Origin: Rhodospirillales bacterium
GTDB lineage: Bacteria > Pseudomonadota > Alphaproteobacteria > Rhodospirillales > Casp-alpha2
Assembly (NCBI GenBank): GCA_965222355.1
Contig: OZ244953.1
Span: forward strand, 4,230,714 to 4,294,713
Length of the DNA: 64,000 nt
Direction: 5' to 3'
How positions within the stretch are numbered: position 1 is the stretch's first letter; every line of letters starts with the position of its first letter. The notes beneath the pieces were generated by a model that was not told the DNA's origin, did no database searches, and saw only the letters and a program-made list of their open reading frames with translations. Shown piece by piece: positions 7,843 through 16,925 of this stretch. A program made the translations under genes and the position numbers.

Positions 7843-9420
7843 ATGGCGACTAAGAAGAAAGCCGCAACCAAGAAGAAAGCGCCCGCAAAGAAGGCCGCTG
7901 CCAAGAAAGCCCCCGCAAAAAAGACTGCCGCCAAGAAGGCGCCCGCGAAAAAGGCTGCTGCACGCAAGCCGCGCCCCAAGAAGCTGAAGAACATTTCCGA
8001 GATCCGGCGGTTCTTCCACCGGAACGAAGATCCGATCTTCTTCATCAGCGCGACCAACTTCAATCTGTTGGGGATTGATGAATGGTGCCGTAACTTCAAA
8101 TACATTTGCTACATCGACTGCTACGACGGGCGTCATCCGAACGTCTTCGTCCCGACCGAAGCGCCCCATCCCGAATTCGAGTCGATCGAGGACATCAACG
8201 CCTACCTGCTCGAGCACAAGGAAGTCATCGACTATGTGAAGTCGAAGGGCGGCAAGCCGAAAGCCGTGTTCCTGATGTTCGACGAGCGGGTCGAGAAAGT
8301 CTGCAAGGAGCTGGGCCTCGAGGTCTGGTTCCCGAAAGCGGCGCTCCGCGAAAAGATCGACCACAAGATCGAAACCGTGCGCATCGGCAACAAGGCGGGC
8401 GTGCCGTCGGTGCCGAACACGCTTGGTGTGATCAACAGCTACGACGATCTCAAGAAGCTCGCGAAGCCATTGGGTAACGATCTGGTCCTTCAGTCCGCGT
8501 TCGGTGACAGCGGTCACACCACGTTCTTCATCAAGAGCGAAAAAGACTACCGCCGCCACGAGCACGACATCGTCGGCCAGGGCGAGATCAAGGTGATGAA
8601 GCGGATCAACTGCCGCGGTTCCGCGATCGAAGCCTGCGCAACATCAAAGGGCACCATCGTCGGCCCGCTGATGACCGAGCTTGTCGGCTTCAAGGAATTG
8701 ACCCCATATCGCGGCGGCTGGTGCGGCAACGAAATCTTCCCCGAAGCGTTCGATCCGAAGATCCGCAAGAAAGCCCGCGAGTACACCTTCCAGTTCGGTA
8801 ACCAACTGGTGAAAGAGGGTTATCGCGGCTATTTCGAGCTCGACTTCCTGATCGATCAGGACGACGGCAACATCTATCTGGGTGAGTGCAACCCACGCGT
8901 CACGGGTGCCAGCTCGATGACCAACCACGCGGCCTTCGCGCATGCCGACGCGCCGCTGTTCCTGTTCCACCTGCTGGAATTCTCGGGCGTGCCGTTCGAC
9001 ATCGACGTCAACGAGTTGAACAACCGCTGGGCCGATGCCGACAATATCGACAGCTGGTGCCAGATGGTGATTAAGCACACAGAAGACAATGTCGATATCA
9101 TCACGGAAGCCCCCGAGTCGGGAATCTGGAGCCTGAACAAGGACGGCAGCGTCACCTACAACCGCTTCGACTATCACCGCCGCGCGGTCGAAAGCGAAGC
9201 CGAGGCGTTCTTCCTGCGCATCTCCGACAAGGGCGATTACCGCTACGAAGGCGCCGATCTGGGGATTCTGATTACCCGCGGGCGGGCGATGGATAACAAG
9301 TTCAAGCTGACCAAACGCGCCAAGCAGTGGATCGAGGGCATCAAGTCCCAGTACAAGGCGAAACCGCTGCCGAAAGCGCAACCGGTCGAGCTTGCGGACC
9401 CGGCGTTCAAGATTCTTTGA
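7843..9420 (+). CDS. ATP-grasp ligase (often auto-annotated as biotin carboxylase) with N-terminal Lys/Ala/Pro repeat tail
   Basis: DHKIETVRI, SAFGDSGHTTFFI, VMKRI, GYFELDFLI, YLGECNPRVTG ATP-grasp motifs; first ~47 aa are KKAPAKKAAA repeats. Confidence 0.85.
   Translation: MATKKKAATKKKAPAKKAAAKKAPAKKTAAKKAPAKKAAARKPRPKKLKNISEIRRFFHRNEDPIFFISATNFNLLGIDEWCRNFKYICYIDCYDGRHPNVFVPTEAPHPEFESIEDINAYLLEHKEVIDYVKSKGGKPKAVFLMFDERVEKVCKELGLEVWFPKAALREKIDHKIETVRIGNKAGVPSVPNTLGVINSYDDLKKLAKPLGNDLVLQSAFGDSGHTTFFIKSEKDYRRHEHDIVGQGEIKVMKRINCRGSAIEACATSKGTIVGPLMTELVGFKELTPYRGGWCGNEIFPEAFDPKIRKKAREYTFQFGNQLVKEGYRGYFELDFLIDQDDGNIYLGECNPRVTGASSMTNHAAFAHADAPLFLFHLLEFSGVPFDIDVNELNNRWADADNIDSWCQMVIKHTEDNVDIITEAPESGIWSLNKDGSVTYNRFDYHRRAVESEAEAFFLRISDKGDYRYEGADLGILITRGRAMDNKFKLTKRAKQWIEGIKSQYKAKPLPKAQPVELADPAFKIL
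7852..7980 (+). repeat. Coding repeat, ~30-bp unit (KKAPAKKAAA x3)
   Basis: Directly visible in DNA and translation. Confidence 0.9.
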
Positions 9421-9459
9421 GGAGCATGGACTCTGGACGCTCTCGCGCGTAATTAGATC

Positions 9460-9532
9460 GTCATTCCCGCGAAAGCGGGAACCCGGAAATGACGTGCCGG
9501 TGCCCCTGGGTCCCCGCCTTCGCGGGGATGAC
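9460..9532. repeat. Family A REP-like full palindromic element
   Basis: GTCATTCCCGCGAAAGCGGGAACCC...GGGTCCCCGCCTTCGCGGGGATGAC. Confidence 0.9.
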
Positions 9533-9560
9533 AACACTGCCCGGCAACAAGGAACCGTTC

Positions 9561-10550
9561 ATGGATCTGGTCTTTGAGACCATAAGCGAGAAGCACGCGG
9601 GCGAGAAATGGCAGTCGCGTTTCGACATGCTCTGGCCCGCTTACCAGCGTTGGTTTCTCTCCGACGGCATCGAGGCCCGCCAGACCTACCTGGCGGGCTA
9701 TCGGGCCTTCAAGCAGTACATGCCAGAGATGGTGCCGACCTATGAAAAGCTCTGCGAGCTTGCAGGCGGCGACGACCTGTCGGCCCGGTTCCTGAGTTTC
9801 TACTGTCCGCCCGCATATCTATCGGGGTGTTCCCAGGCCGTCTGGCCCGGGGCCGAGCCGATGCTGGTCCGCAACTACGATTACGCCCCCGCCCTTTGCG
9901 ACGGTTTGATCCTGCATTCGCGCTGGCACGACAGGTGGGTGTTGGGGATGGCGGACGGGTTGTTCGGCCTGGTTGATGGGATGAACGACCGGGGCCTTGC
10001 GGTATCGCTCACGTTCGGGGGCCGAACCATCGTCGGCGACGGGTTCGGGGTGCCGATCATCCTCCGCTACATCATGGAATTCTGCGACACGGTCAGTGAC
10101 GCGACCGAAGCGCTGACCCGTATCCCATGCCACATGACCTACAACGTCACCGTGGTCGACAAACAGGGCCGGCACGCGACCGTCTATCTGTCGCCGGACC
10201 GGAAGGCCATCGTCACGGATCAAAGGGTCGCGACCAATCACCAGGAGCGTGTCGAATGGCACCGCCACGCCCGCGCCACAGCGACGGTCGAGCGCGAGCG
10301 CTTTCTGTTACAAAGATTGACCCTCCACGACGAACCCGCCGACCGCTTCATCGGTGCATTCCAGAAACCGCCCCTCTATTCGACCGCGTTCGGACGCGGC
10401 TTTGGCACGGTCTACACCGCTGTCTACTGGCCAAAGAAAGGTCTCGCCGAATACCGTTGGCCGGGCGTTCATTGGACGCAGCGCCTCAAATCCCCGGTCG
10501 AGGGCCAGCGCCATATCCGTTTCCCGATGTCCGATCAGGCATTGGCGTAA
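9561..10550 (+). CDS. Peptidase C45 / autoproteolytic acyltransferase-hydrolase (Ntn-hydrolase)
   Basis: SG|CSQ autoproteolysis site, LVRNYDY, LVDGMNDRGLAVS, TNHQ; start MDLVFE at 9561 after the REP element. Confidence 0.85.
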   Translation: MDLVFETISEKHAGEKWQSRFDMLWPAYQRWFLSDGIEARQTYLAGYRAFKQYMPEMVPTYEKLCELAGGDDLSARFLSFYCPPAYLSGCSQAVWPGAEPMLVRNYDYAPALCDGLILHSRWHDRWVLGMADGLFGLVDGMNDRGLAVSLTFGGRTIVGDGFGVPIILRYIMEFCDTVSDATEALTRIPCHMTYNVTVVDKQGRHATVYLSPDRKAIVTDQRVATNHQERVEWHRHARATATVERERFLLQRLTLHDEPADRFIGAFQKPPLYSTAFGRGFGTVYTAVYWPKKGLAEYRWPGVHWTQRLKSPVEGQRHIRFPMSDQALA

Positions 10551-10646
10551 GCATTTTTCGTTTAGCACGTCATAAAACTTTGATGATTTCCCCCGCGCCA
10601 CCTTTTGTTATGGTGAAGGCTTGTTACGCATGAACGGGTTCGATCA

Positions 10647-11300
10647 TTGAAAAAAGTCTACAAAAAGATCTTCAAGGATTTCACGGCCAACGTTGTGCCG
10701 GTCGACTGCGGCGAGAAGTGCCGGCATCTGAACGAGGGCACACCTGTCTGCTGCGATATCGAGAACGCCGTCCCGATCATGGACAAGAGCGAATACAAAC
10801 TGCTCAGGTCCCGCTCCAAACTCTGGCGCAAGTACCGGCCCCCCAACGAACATGGCGAGGAACTCGTTGAATCGCTGCACGAAGATTGCGTTGCGTGTGA
10901 GTGCAAGGGCGCCATGTTCTGCGAACGCGACAACCGCTCGCTATCGTGCCGCGCCTTTCCGTTCTTTCCGTATATTACGAAGAACGGCGACTTCATCGGG
11001 ATGGCGACCTACTGGACGTTCGAGGACCGGTGCTGGGTGATCAGCAACATGAAAAAAGTGACGCCCGAGTTCGTCACCGAATTCCATGGCGTCTATGAGC
11101 ACCTGTTCGAGAACAAGCCCGACGAGTTCGAGGTCTATAAGGATTATTCGGCGACCATGCGGCGCGTGTTCTCGCGCTGGAAACGACCGATTTACATCGT
11201 CGACCGCGACCGCGACTTCCACGCCATCCTGCCCAAGGGTGCGGGGATGGAACCGGTCAAAAAACGCGACCTGCCGAAGTTCGGTCCTTACGCGGAATAG
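10647..11300 (+). CDS. Cys-rich hypothetical protein (YkgJ/CxxCxxCC-like putative Fe-S or Zn cluster protein)
   Basis: CGEKC...VCC, CVACECKGAMFC, SLSCRAFPF, CW; the C-x-x-F-P-F pattern resembles YkgJ/FliB-like proteins. Confidence 0.6.
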   Translation: MKKVYKKIFKDFTANVVPVDCGEKCRHLNEGTPVCCDIENAVPIMDKSEYKLLRSRSKLWRKYRPPNEHGEELVESLHEDCVACECKGAMFCERDNRSLSCRAFPFFPYITKNGDFIGMATYWTFEDRCWVISNMKKVTPEFVTEFHGVYEHLFENKPDEFEVYKDYSATMRRVFSRWKRPIYIVDRDRDFHAILPKGAGMEPVKKRDLPKFGPYAE

Positions 11301-11302
11301 TT

Positions 11303-11400
11303 CCCCTCACCCGGCGCGCAAGCGCGCCACCCTCTCCCCAAGGAGAGGGATGATCGGACATTGGTCCCCTCTCCCTCGGGAGAGGGACAGGGTGAGGGGG
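11303..11400. repeat. Family B palindromic intergenic element
   Basis: CCCTCACCC...CCCTCTCCC...GGAGAGGG...CCCTCTCCC...GGGAGAGGG...GGGTGAGGG, between convergent genes. Confidence 0.9.
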
Positions 11401-11406
11401 TGATGG

Positions 11407-12795
11407 TCAGGAAACGTCCGCGTAAACCGTATCCAGCGATTTCTTCACCGCAGACACGATCTCGTCGACCTCGCCTTCGGTAAGACAGAACGGCGGCGCG
11501 AAACCGAGGATATCGCCGTGCGGCATGGCCCGCGCGATGATCCCGTTTTCGAGCGCGGCAGCCGACATCTTGGCACCAACCTTAAGGCCCGGATCGAAAA
11601 AGGTTTTCGACTTCTTGTCCTGAACGAACTCGATGGCGGCCAGAAGGCCCTCACCACGGACTTCGCCGACCATCGGATGATCCTGGAAATTATCCCTGAG
11701 CGCCTTCTGGAAATAGGCGCCGGTCTTTCTCACGTTCCCGATCAGGTCGTCTTTTTCGATCACGTTCAGATTGGCGACGCCGGCAGCCGCACCGACCGGA
11801 TGCGCGGAATACGTCCAGCCATGCCCGATGGGCCCGAGATCTTCCGAGCCCTGATCCAGAATACCGCAGACCTTCTCGCTCAGGATCGAACCCGACAACG
11901 GGGCGTAGGCGCTGGTCAGGCCCTTGGCGATGGTGATGATGTCGGGCTTCATTTTATAGTGCTCGGACCCGAACCATGAACCCAATCTGCCGAAGCCGGT
12001 CACGACCTCGTCGGCGATCAGCATGACGTCGTATTTATCGAGCACTTTCTGAATAGCCTGCCAGTAACCTTCGGGAGGCGGGATCAGCCCGCCCGTCCCC
12101 ATGAACGGCTCGCCGATGAACGCGGCGACGGTGTCGGGACCTTCGTCCTGGATGAGTTGTTCGAGTTGTAACGCGCAGTAATCGGAGAACTCCAGTTCAC
12201 TCATGCCGTCCTGGGCGTACTTCCAATAATGCGGGCATTGGGTGTGCAACACCCGGTCCAGCGGCAGATCGAACGCCATGTGGAACAGCGGCAGGCCGGT
12301 CAGACTGCCGGTCATCAACCCCGACCCGTGATAGCCCCTGTCGCGGGAAATGATCTTCTTCTTCTCGGGTCTGCCCAGAATGTTGTTCATGTACCAGACC
12401 AGCTTGATGTTGGTCTCGTTCGCATCCGAACCGGACAAGCCGAAATAAACACGGCTCATGTTCTCAGGCGCGAGATCGACGACCTTGGCGGCCAGCCGGA
12501 TCGAGTTCTCGGTGCCGTGGCCGACATACGCGTGATAGAACGCGAGCTTATGGGCTTGTTCTGAGATCGCATCGGCAACCTCGGTCCGGCCATAACCGAT
12601 GTTCACGCAGTAAAGCCCGGCGAACGCGTCCAGGCTCTTCTTACCCGTGCGGTCGGTGATGTAGACCCCCTCGCCCGTTTCGATGACGCGCACCGGCGTC
12701 TTACCGGTGGCATGCCCCTTCACATCCGATGACGCGTGTAGAAAATGCGCCCGGTCAAGCGCTTCCAGTTCATCCATGTTGCGAAGTTCGTTCAT
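11407..12795 (-). CDS. doeD: Class III aminotransferase, DoeD/Atf-like (L-2,4-diaminobutyrate transaminase of ectoine catabolism)
   Basis: DRAHFLHAS, DAFAGLYCVNIGYGRTEVA, YHAYVGHG, SGSDANETNIKLVWY..NILGRPEKKKIISR..GYHGSG..TGSLTGL..FH..FDLP match my recollection of DoeD. Confidence 0.7.
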   Translation of the reverse strand: MNELRNMDELEALDRAHFLHASSDVKGHATGKTPVRVIETGEGVYITDRTGKKSLDAFAGLYCVNIGYGRTEVADAISEQAHKLAFYHAYVGHGTENSIRLAAKVVDLAPENMSRVYFGLSGSDANETNIKLVWYMNNILGRPEKKKIISRDRGYHGSGLMTGSLTGLPLFHMAFDLPLDRVLHTQCPHYWKYAQDGMSELEFSDYCALQLEQLIQDEGPDTVAAFIGEPFMGTGGLIPPPEGYWQAIQKVLDKYDVMLIADEVVTGFGRLGSWFGSEHYKMKPDIITIAKGLTSAYAPLSGSILSEKVCGILDQGSEDLGPIGHGWTYSAHPVGAAAGVANLNVIEKDDLIGNVRKTGAYFQKALRDNFQDHPMVGEVRGEGLLAAIEFVQDKKSKTFFDPGLKVGAKMSAAALENGIIARAMPHGDILGFAPPFCLTEGEVDEIVSAVKKSLDTVYADVS

Positions 12796-12951
12796 CTGAG
12801 AGTCCTCTGTAAAAAAAGCTAACGAGGCTTGATAGGGGGAATCACATCCCACTTACAACCCCCCTGCACGGGATATTTATCCGCCATCCCATCTATGGTT
12901 TATTGGACTCAACGACACCCCACCTATGGCATATCAACGGAGAAAAAAATT

Positions 12952-13695
12952 ATGGGAGAGACACGCCGCACTGCCCTGATCACGGGGGCGGGACGCAATA
13001 TCGGCCGCGCTTCGGCTTTGGCATTAGCGAAAAACGGCATCAACATCGTCGTCAACGGCTCCAGCAATCGGGCGAACTGCGACACAGTCGCCGAAGAAGT
13101 CAAAGCACTCGGCGTCGATGCCCTGGTGGCCATGGGGGATGTCGGCAACCCGGACGATCTCGGCAACATCGCCGCCGCCGCTTTCGAGAAATTCGGACGC
13201 GTCGATATTCTGGTCAATAACGCCGCCATCAGACCGAACAGCCCGTTCCTCGAAACAGATGAAGACGAGTGGGAACGCATTTTGAATATCGATTTCCACG
13301 CCGCGCGGCGGTTATCGAAGCTCTGCCTGCCCGGCATGATCGACGCGGGTTGGGGCCGGATCATCAACTTCGCCGGCATGAACGCCATTCACGGATATAA
13401 CGGGCGTGCACCGGTCAGTGTCTCGAAGCATGCGGCGTGGGGTCTCACCAAATCGCTCGCGAAAGAGTTCGGTAAAAAGGGTATCACCACCAACATCATC
13501 TCTCCCGGCCCCATCGCCCCCGAAGAATCCGAACCCGAAATGCGCGAACATATCGAAAGCATGGTCGGACGCGTGCCGGTCGGACGGCTCGGCAAAAACG
13601 AGGAAATCGGCGCCATGGTCGCACTTTTGGCGTCCGACGACGGCGCCTTCGTCAACGGTCAGCTCATCCAAGTGAACGGCGGCGCGGAAACGTAA
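12952..13695 (+). CDS. Short-chain dehydrogenase/reductase
   Basis: TGAGRNIG, NNAA, VSVSK (catalytic Tyr position appears as Val), SPGPI. Confidence 0.85.
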   Translation: MGETRRTALITGAGRNIGRASALALAKNGINIVVNGSSNRANCDTVAEEVKALGVDALVAMGDVGNPDDLGNIAAAAFEKFGRVDILVNNAAIRPNSPFLETDEDEWERILNIDFHAARRLSKLCLPGMIDAGWGRIINFAGMNAIHGYNGRAPVSVSKHAAWGLTKSLAKEFGKKGITTNIISPGPIAPEESEPEMREHIESMVGRVPVGRLGKNEEIGAMVALLASDDGAFVNGQLIQVNGGAET

Positions 13696-13715
13696 CCCCG
13701 CCCTTATCCCAAACC

Positions 13716-13738
13716 AGCCCCGGTTTCGCGCCGGGGCT
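13716..13738. terminator. Hairpin downstream of SDR
   Basis: AGCCCCGG-N7-CCGGGGCT. Confidence 0.5.
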
Positions 13739-13933
13739 AGATTTGGGCCCTCACTTGGTGCCGCATTGGACGCCTTTGGGGCGTTGACCGTGTGTCAGTG
13801 TATGCCTACGACCGATACAACCTATGATTAGGTACAACGCCCACCCCATTCATCAATATCAGCAGTTGCGCGAGACAAAAATTCCTGTAAACAATCCAGT
13901 TAATGCGGGGGCATTACGATAGTGGGTTAGACT

Positions 13934-14362
13934 ATGAACTTCGTGAGTCCCCTGAAGCTCCCGGTAGCATTCGAAACCGGCATTTCCTCCATCGACCAGG
14001 AACACAAAGGGCTGATCGCCTATCTGAACGGCTACCTCGCGTCGTGCGAACACAGCACGATCTCGAACTTCGATGAATTGTTTACGGCCTTCATCAGCGA
14101 ACTGGAACATCACTTCGAAAGTGAAGAGATGATCATGCAGGAAGCCGGATACCCGGGACTTGAGAAGCACGCCCGCCACCACCAGCACTGCCTGGATGAA
14201 CTTCGAAGACTGTTGGAACGATGCCGTAGTCGCGGCTATGCGGGGACAGGTGACGTGATCACCTTCTTTCAGAAGATCATCGACGACGTATCGAAGGCCG
14301 ATCTCAGGTTCGTCGATTACCTGATGGCGGAAGACAAGATGACCGAGTTCAAGGCGCGCTAA
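13934..14362 (+). CDS. Single-domain bacteriohemerythrin
   Basis: IDQEHKGL, HHFESEE, HARHH hemerythrin motifs. Confidence 0.85.
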   Translation: MNFVSPLKLPVAFETGISSIDQEHKGLIAYLNGYLASCEHSTISNFDELFTAFISELEHHFESEEMIMQEAGYPGLEKHARHHQHCLDELRRLLERCRSRGYAGTGDVITFFQKIIDDVSKADLRFVDYLMAEDKMTEFKAR

Positions 14363-14368
14363 GACGCT

Positions 14369-15751
14369 TCAGCATTCGGTGATATTGACGGCCAAGCCGC
14401 CCTGCGACGTTTCCTTATACTTCGAGAGCATGTCGACGCCCGTCTGGCGCATCGTCTCGATGGCGCTGTCGAGCGGCACGAAGTGCGTGCCGTCACCCCT
14501 AAGCGCCAGCGATGCCGCATTGACCGCTTTCACCGCGCCCATCGCGTTGCGCTCGATGCACGGCACCTGAACCAATCCGCCGACCGGATCGCACGTCATC
14601 CCCAAGTGATGTTCGATCGCGATCTCGGCGGCGTTCTCGATCTGCGCGTTGGTGCCGCCCAAAACAGCACATAAACCCGCCGCCGCCATCGCCGCCGCCG
14701 AGCCGACTTCGCCCTGGCAGCCGACTTCCGCCCCCGAGATCGAGGCCTTGGTCTTGATGATCCCGCCGATCGCGGCGGCGGTTAACAGAAAGTCGTCGAC
14801 CGTGTCTTCGCTCGCGTCGGGACAGAACTCAAGATAGTAGCGGATCGTCGCCGGGATCACGCCCGCGGCCCCGTTCGTCGGCGCGGTCACGATGCGCCCG
14901 CCGGCCGCGTTCTCTTCATTCACCGCGATGGCATAGAGGCTGATCCAGTCCATCACCGAATGCGCGTACTTCACGTTACGGGTGGTGTCGGCTTCGAGGG
15001 CGTCGGAAATCTGCCGGGCCCGGCGTTTGACCTTAAGACCGCCCGGCAGCTGACCGTCGGTTGCGATGCCCCGGTCCATGCAGTCTTTCATCACCAACCA
15101 GATGGTATCCAGGCGTTCTCGGACGTCGGCTTCCGAATGCTGGGAGATTTCGTTCTCGAACTTCATTTCGGCGATCGTCTTACCGGCAGTCTCCCCCATC
15201 TTCAGCATTTCAGCGGCGTCGCGAAACGGATACGGGACGTCCGGGTATTCCCCACCCGACGATGCGAAGTCCGCGAACTCCGATTTGGTGACGACGAAAC
15301 CGCCGCCCACCGAGAAATAGGTGTCGCTCAGGATCGGGTTGCCGCTTTCGTCGTACGCCGTCACCAGCATTCCGTTGGTGTGCTCTTCAAGGGGATCGTC
15401 GAAGTCGAAAATAACGTCGCGGTCGAAATCGAAATTAAGCCCCTTGAGCGGCCCGCGCGACAGCGACTTCGTTTCGATCACCCCGTCGACCAGTTTGTTC
15501 ACGTCGGCGGGGTCGATCCTGTCCGGTTTCTCGCCCAGAAGCCCCAGCACGACCGCACGGTCAGTACCATGCCCCTTGCCGGTGTAGGCGAGTGACCCAT
15601 AGAGCGTGACCACAACACGGGAGACGGACGTTTCGTTCCCCGATGCCGAGAGATCGGCCAGAAAACGGCCCATCGCCACCATCGGCCCCACGGTATGCGA
15701 ACTCGACGGTCCAATGCCGACTTTGAAAAGATCGAAAACACTTAAAAACAT
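14369..15751 (-). CDS. sdaA: L-serine ammonia-lyase (Fe-S)
   Basis: [69 protein letters not shown]. Confidence 0.95.
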   Translation of the reverse strand: MFLSVFDLFKVGIGPSSSHTVGPMVAMGRFLADLSASGNETSVSRVVVTLYGSLAYTGKGHGTDRAVVLGLLGEKPDRIDPADVNKLVDGVIETKSLSRGPLKGLNFDFDRDVIFDFDDPLEEHTNGMLVTAYDESGNPILSDTYFSVGGGFVVTKSEFADFASSGGEYPDVPYPFRDAAEMLKMGETAGKTIAEMKFENEISQHSEADVRERLDTIWLVMKDCMDRGIATDGQLPGGLKVKRRARQISDALEADTTRNVKYAHSVMDWISLYAIAVNEENAAGGRIVTAPTNGAAGVIPATIRYYLEFCPDASEDTVDDFLLTAAAIGGIIKTKASISGAEVGCQGEVGSAAAMAAAGLCAVLGGTNAQIENAAEIAIEHHLGMTCDPVGGLVQVPCIERNAMGAVKAVNAASLALRGDGTHFVPLDSAIETMRQTGVDMLSKYKETSQGGLAVNITEC

Positions 15752-15959
15752 AAATTGCCTCTTTTGAAATTCGCTGGACGGTAGCCGAGGGTGTTAATCC
15801 GGGCAAGCAGCGTATCGACGCGAATTATCGATCAACCGACGTCACTTCGGCAAATTCCGAGACAATTTCCCGCCTACGTGATTGGACACCCTGCCGGGCG
15901 GTCTGATACCTTTCGACTACGGCGGCATCGCTCGCCGCTTATCTACGGAGGAAGCTCAG

Positions 15960-16925
15960 ATGATACCGATGTCCGTCGTCAGGAAGACGGCGCGCGAGCT
16001 CATGGACAGGGCGGCTATCGAGATCCCGGACGATTATCTGACGGGATTGAAAAAGGCCGCGGACAACGAAGACGGTGACCTGTCGTCGTTCGTCCTCCAC
16101 GCCATGCTTGAGAACTATGAAGCCGCGAAAGAGGACCGCCGCGCCATGTGCGCCGACACCGGCGTGCCGCGCTGGTATGTGAAGATGGGCAACGAGGCGA
16201 CGCTCGAGGGTGGCCCCGTCGCACTCGAAGAAGCCCTCAGGGGCGCCACGGCGGAAGCGACCGACGGCGTACCGCTGAGGCCCAACCGGGTGCACCCCCT
16301 CTGGCGCACCGATCACAACAACAACGTTGGTTTGAACGCACCGGAAATCGAATATTCGTTCGAACCGGGCGGCGACTGGATCGACCTGACGACCGTCCAC
16401 AAGGGCGGGTTGTTCGGGACGGATTACCGCATGCTGTTCCCGGGCGACGGGATCGAGGGGATCAAACGCTTCTATCTCGACTGCCTGATGGCGTTTGGAA
16501 AGCGCGGCCTCGCCTGTCAGCCGGCCATCATCGGCGTGGGCTTGGGCGGGTCGAAGGATATCTGCTCGGTGCTTGGCAAGCAGGCGGCGTGTTTGAGGAC
16601 CGTCGGCGACCGCAACCCGGACCCGCGGACGGCGGAACTCGAGCTTGAACTTATGGAGCTCGGTAACTCCATCGGCATGGGCGCCATGGGTTTCGTCGGC
16701 AAGTCGATGGTCATAGATTGCCATATCGAATGCGGCTACACGCACACCGGCGGCATGCCGATGAGCGTGCACGCCTTCTGCCTGTCGTCCAGGCGCGCGG
16801 TGGCGCGCGTATACGGCGACGGCCGGGTCGAGTTTCGTACCGACCCGAACTGGTTTACCCCTTACATGAGACGGGAGACGGTCGGATGGGAACCGGAAGC
16901 GGAAAGCTTAAGACAGTCAGTCTGA
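15960..16925 (+). CDS. Fe-S hydro-lyase alpha subunit (tartrate dehydratase TtdA / class I fumarase N-terminal family), divergent
   Basis: GGAGG RBS; MCADTG, LRPN.VHP, ACQPAIIGVGLGG, IGMGAMGFVG, AFCLSSRR. Confidence 0.8.
   Translation: MIPMSVVRKTARELMDRAAIEIPDDYLTGLKKAADNEDGDLSSFVLHAMLENYEAAKEDRRAMCADTGVPRWYVKMGNEATLEGGPVALEEALRGATAEATDGVPLRPNRVHPLWRTDHNNNVGLNAPEIEYSFEPGGDWIDLTTVHKGGLFGTDYRMLFPGDGIEGIKRFYLDCLMAFGKRGLACQPAIIGVGLGGSKDICSVLGKQAACLRTVGDRNPDPRTAELELELMELGNSIGMGAMGFVGKSMVIDCHIECGYTHTGGMPMSVHAFCLSSRRAVARVYGDGRVEFRTDPNWFTPYMRRETVGWEPEAESLRQSV

Noticed and set aside
7843-9420. Calling the ATP-grasp protein a true biotin carboxylase (accC)
   Set aside because: It lacks the AccC N-terminal ANRGEIA-type motif, and no BCCP or carboxyltransferase gene is nearby.
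2622-9537. Long antisense ORFs (2622-4004, 3895-4551, 5835-7394, 7822-8565, 8644-9537)
   Set aside because: They lie opposite well-supported genes and are the expected stop-free shadows of high-GC3 codon usage; no motifs.
9489-9560. N-terminal extension MTCRCPWVPAFAGMTT of the C45 ORF
   Set aside because: It is the translated REP arm (WVPAFAGMT). An RBS-like AAGGA precedes the ATG at 9561.
13784-13798. TTGAC-CGTGT-GTCAG as an FNR-like box upstream of the hemerythrin gene
   Set aside because: The spacer is 5 nt rather than 4 and the arms are imperfect; not enough support.
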